A stretch of DNA of 64,000 bases, taken from NCBI GenBank assembly GCA_905178155.1, contig CAJINV010000008.1, positions 3,931,420-3,995,419 of the forward strand. The letters are read 5' to 3'. Shown piece by piece: positions 60,880-64,000 of the stretch (position 1 is its first letter; every line of letters starts with the position of its first letter). Source of the stretch: Amoebophrya sp. A120 (taxonomy: Eukaryota > Protista > Dinoflagellata). A program made the position numbers and the translations under genes. Below the pieces are notes generated by a model, which saw only the letters and a program-made list of their open reading frames with translations, had not been told where the DNA came from and did no database searches.

Positions 60880-62766
60880 ATGAGTACCACATCGAAGAAG
60901 GCGGTGACGATGTTGAAAGACCTCTTGAAGTCCTCCTGGCTTCCGAACTTTCACAAGCAGGAGTACGACGAGTGCATCGTGGAGATCTCCCGCATGTACG
61001 AAAATTATCTGGATTGCACCAACCACCTGGAGCACCTGGAGTCCGAGTACGAGAGTATGACAATTGCAACAGCATGATCATGATACTCGTATAATAATTA
61101 AAGAATGCAAGTCTTGCATGATACAAGTACAACATTTTCACCTGATGAATCAGCATGACAAATCCGCCCATTTTTCCTTCTGAACAAATTTGTGATGCGA
61201 TTTATACGTAGTAAGATAGTTTGTCGCAAACATGCATAGAGAGGAAAAAGGAGCAGTTCGATGCCGACCCAGCGAGCGGGACGATGAGCCAGGAGGAAAA
61301 GGACACCCGAACCGCGGACCTGAAAAAGAAGCAGCAGGACGCCGAGACACGGTTCACGATGGGCCAGGTGATTTATGACACTGCACAACTCCCACTCCCC
61401 CTCATTTGTCATGCAAAACCTCAAATCCAGTCGCTGCCTTGTGGCACTGTTTGCATGACAAATTCCGGAAGCCCAAACAGTACTACATTACGCGCATGAA
61501 GTTGTCATGCACAAGCTCCACATGTGCGGGTGTTTGTATTGCTGCTCATGCAAGACAAATGAGGGGGAGGGGGAGTTGTGCACTGTCATATGATTTGGCA
61601 GGAGGACATCTTGCGGACGAAGCGCTGCTATGCATTGCAAAAATGTTTGGGTCTGGAAGAATACAAACTTGTGATGCGCATTTCAGAACACAGAAAAATC
61701 TCTCATGCATAGGTAGCAAAAGCTGCCCACTTTCTGTCACCAAAATGCGGGATTTGTCATGCGGAAGCGGCATGGCGGAAGCTTCTCGAAACCTGTGATG
61801 CTAGAGCTTCCATGCCAGACCTTCTGTGTCATGCAAAAACGGCATGACTCTGCCAGAGCCAGACCCAGACACTTTTGCACTTGATAGCTGCCTTCTGCAG
61901 TACCTGAACAAGCGGCTGCAGGTGATCCGAAGTACCAAGTGGGTGGAGGGCCGAGTCTTATCGGACGAAAAGCTTGCGAAGCTTTCCGCAGAAGAAATCG
62001 AGTACTTGAACAAGTACAACGACATTGTGGACGACTACATACAAGATTGGCTTCCGAACGCGCACGCACTAAACCTTCACAACGACTGCGAGCTGCAGCA
62101 GGTGGCCTTCAAGTGCATCACCATAGCGGAAAATCTATCCCAGTGCACAAGCAGAGCGAATCAACAACATCCCCACTCCGATCTCGTCCGCGTCATTTTC
62201 TTGTCGTGCTACAACTAGACAGGAACCAGGGTCATTCCAGCTCGTGGTCGTGGTGGTCATATTTTTTATCGTTCTCGGCATTAATTACTTAGCATTGTGA
62301 TTTTGTTTGCATGACATGCCCTTGGCAATGAGAGGGAGCAGGGGGCAAGTCCAAGTTCAGCTTGTGCAATTGAATACAATCAAGATGCCGACCACGAGGT
62401 GGTGTTAAGCGACGGAAGAGCAATAAAACTAATCCCGGGGACGACTTACAAGGTATGTCGAGTTGTATTTGAAAGTTCAATTTTCTACGTAGCACTAGCA
62501 CCCCCGGTATACAATTCGCACTCGCAGGTTGTCCTCGAGGTCCAGATTAGGCGGGTCTTGTTTACTCGATCACAGTCGTGCGCAGTCAAAATCACGCAGA
62601 AGAAAGGCGTAACATTGGCTAAGAACAAACCGAAATATAACCGCAGGTGCGCACGGAAGATGCGGAATTGCTGATCAAAGACAAAGTAGCAGTTTTGGCC
62701 AAGGGTTATCCAGGTCTGAATTATGAACTCCACCTCCGACTCTTCATTATAATTTGCAACGAGTGA
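60880..62766 (+). CDS. PSF1: GINS complex subunit Psf1
   Basis: After removing three introners: LPNFHKQEYDECIVEI, ILRTKRCLLQYLNKRL, LSAEEIEYLNKY, VRTEDAELLIK; 3' end approximate. Confidence 0.85.
61056..61238. mobile_element. Introner (degenerate, family C-like)
   Basis: tatg / cata ends; TSD gagag; removal gives SEY-ER-KKEQ. Confidence 0.85.
61374..61590. mobile_element. Introner (family G)
   Basis: TIR tatgaca.tgcacaactccc.ctccccctcatttgtc.tgc; TSD tgatt; removal gives GQ-VI-WQED. Confidence 0.93.
61629..61886. mobile_element. Introner (family D)
   Basis: TIR tgcaaaa.tgt.tgggtctgg; TSD gctgc; removal restores the conserved KRCLL motif. Confidence 0.93.
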
Positions 62767-63421
62767 ATAGAGTTAGAGGATCTCTCGAGCACCAGCGAGC
62801 GTCAGAAACACGTAGCTTAGCCCTCCTTCTGGACATTTATTTTGGTGACTCGATGCATAGAGCCACGGCACGGTACTGGTTCAGGTGCTGGCACTGACTG
62901 TAGCTTGTCATGGAGATCAGAAACGGACAGCATGGGCTCCGTCACAACACCAACAGCAAGATAAGCTGTAGTCTGATTTTTTTAGCATGTTGTGGTTGAT
63001 CTTGATCGTCGTGATCTATAAATCGAATGTGGGGGGCGAGGTGGACTACATCGGGTTGCGCAATGTTATAACCGCGCCGGCGCCAACACGACCGCGAAAA
63101 ACATCACTCCGTTTGGGAAGTACGGAAATTGAACTTGGTGTCCTGCCGCTTCAAGGTGGAGCAGGACAAAAAATTACAAGTGCAAAATATGCTCGCATTG
63201 GTGGACTACTAGGTAGCCTTTGGATTTGTTTGGTTCGCCTGGTTCGTGTGGTCGTGCGCCTTCGCATGGCTGTTCATCTGCTGCTGGGCTGGCGTATAAT
63301 CGACGATTGTTCCTTCCAACATCCGCGTAGGTGGTCCTCGTGGTGGAATTTTTGACAGGACCAACAAATCACCTCTAATCTCGTGTTCTTGCAGCTTTGG
63401 ATTTCATCCGTACTAGCAAGG

Positions 63422-63874
63422 ATGGATCTTGCTGCGGCGCACAACAAGACATACACCGAAGCTCCTGTTTACTTGCGCTTGATCCCGGTGCATGTTGGAA
63501 GCACGCGGCCAAGAGGAGTACAAACAGGTAAGACGGAGAGGACCAGTAAGAGGATCTACTTAGGTGGAAAAACAAGACGAGACTTCTCAACAAACTTGTT
63601 TGCTACAGCTCCTCCAAAGAAGATCGCCTTTGTAGTAGACTCCGACGTCGAGAAGTTCGTCTCCGGGAAGTTTCCCATCCCGGCTCGGCGATTCGCCAAA
63701 AGTAGTATCAACAAGAACGCAATAAAGGATACCAGGGAAGTGATGGGGCTCGTGATCTTCTCTGAGAGTCTTCTCTTGTGGCAGGGGTTCTTTCAGAGCG
63801 CGTTCGTGTATGCTGTATCACGGAGCGACCTAAAAGTAGCAGTGAGAAAAATAAACCAAGAGCTCCTATGGTAA
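63422..63874 (+). CDS. Probable exon of an uncharacterised protein
   Basis: ~150-codon open frame with ordinary composition; no motif recognised. Confidence 0.35.
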   Translation: MDLAAAHNKTYTEAPVYLRLIPVHVGSTRPRGVQTGKTERTSKRIYLGGKTRRDFSTNLFATAPPKKIAFVVDSDVEKFVSGKFPIPARRFAKSSINKNAIKDTREVMGLVIFSESLLLWQGFFQSAFVYAVSRSDLKVAVRKINQELLW

Positions 63875-64000
63875 TGTCGAGCAATGGTCCATAATTATTC
63901 CAACATTATGCGATTGCAAATCGAGACGGTGACGGAGACCGTCTTCTAGCGCCAGCATCAAGTCGCAGTAGAACGAGAAAAAGAATCACTGAAAATAAAG

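Overview
Eukaryotic, intron-containing DNA; essentially all recognisable genes lie on the + strand. The architecture strongly resembles the parasitic dinoflagellate relative Amoebophrya (inference, not verified): co-oriented genes, long low-complexity insertions and many non-canonical introns made of small inverted-repeat elements. Supported genes: a CCCH-like Zn-finger protein, a PSI/LEA_2 membrane protein, a cytidine-deaminase-like protein, a degenerate Arf-like protein, a GNAT acetyltransferase, a SHIPPO-repeat protein, a PKA-like kinase, a large type-I surface protein, an ERD2-like receptor and GINS Psf1. About 20 introner elements (112-414 bp) begin with TAT, end with ATA and are flanked by a 5-bp direct repeat. 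In the 18 that interrupt recognisable genes, removing the element plus one repeat restores the reading frame. Two families occur in both orientations in sense-strand genes, unrelated families share a GCATGACAAA-like motif, and one shares its TIR with a 1.3-kb intergenic element. Separately, 23.2-29.6 kb holds five same-orientation copies of an unexplained 33-bp motif separating unrelated 1.1-2.5 kb segments that carry gene fragments (one AP2-like). No transposase, rRNA, tRNA or CRISPR was recognised. All analysis is by eye; no searches were run.
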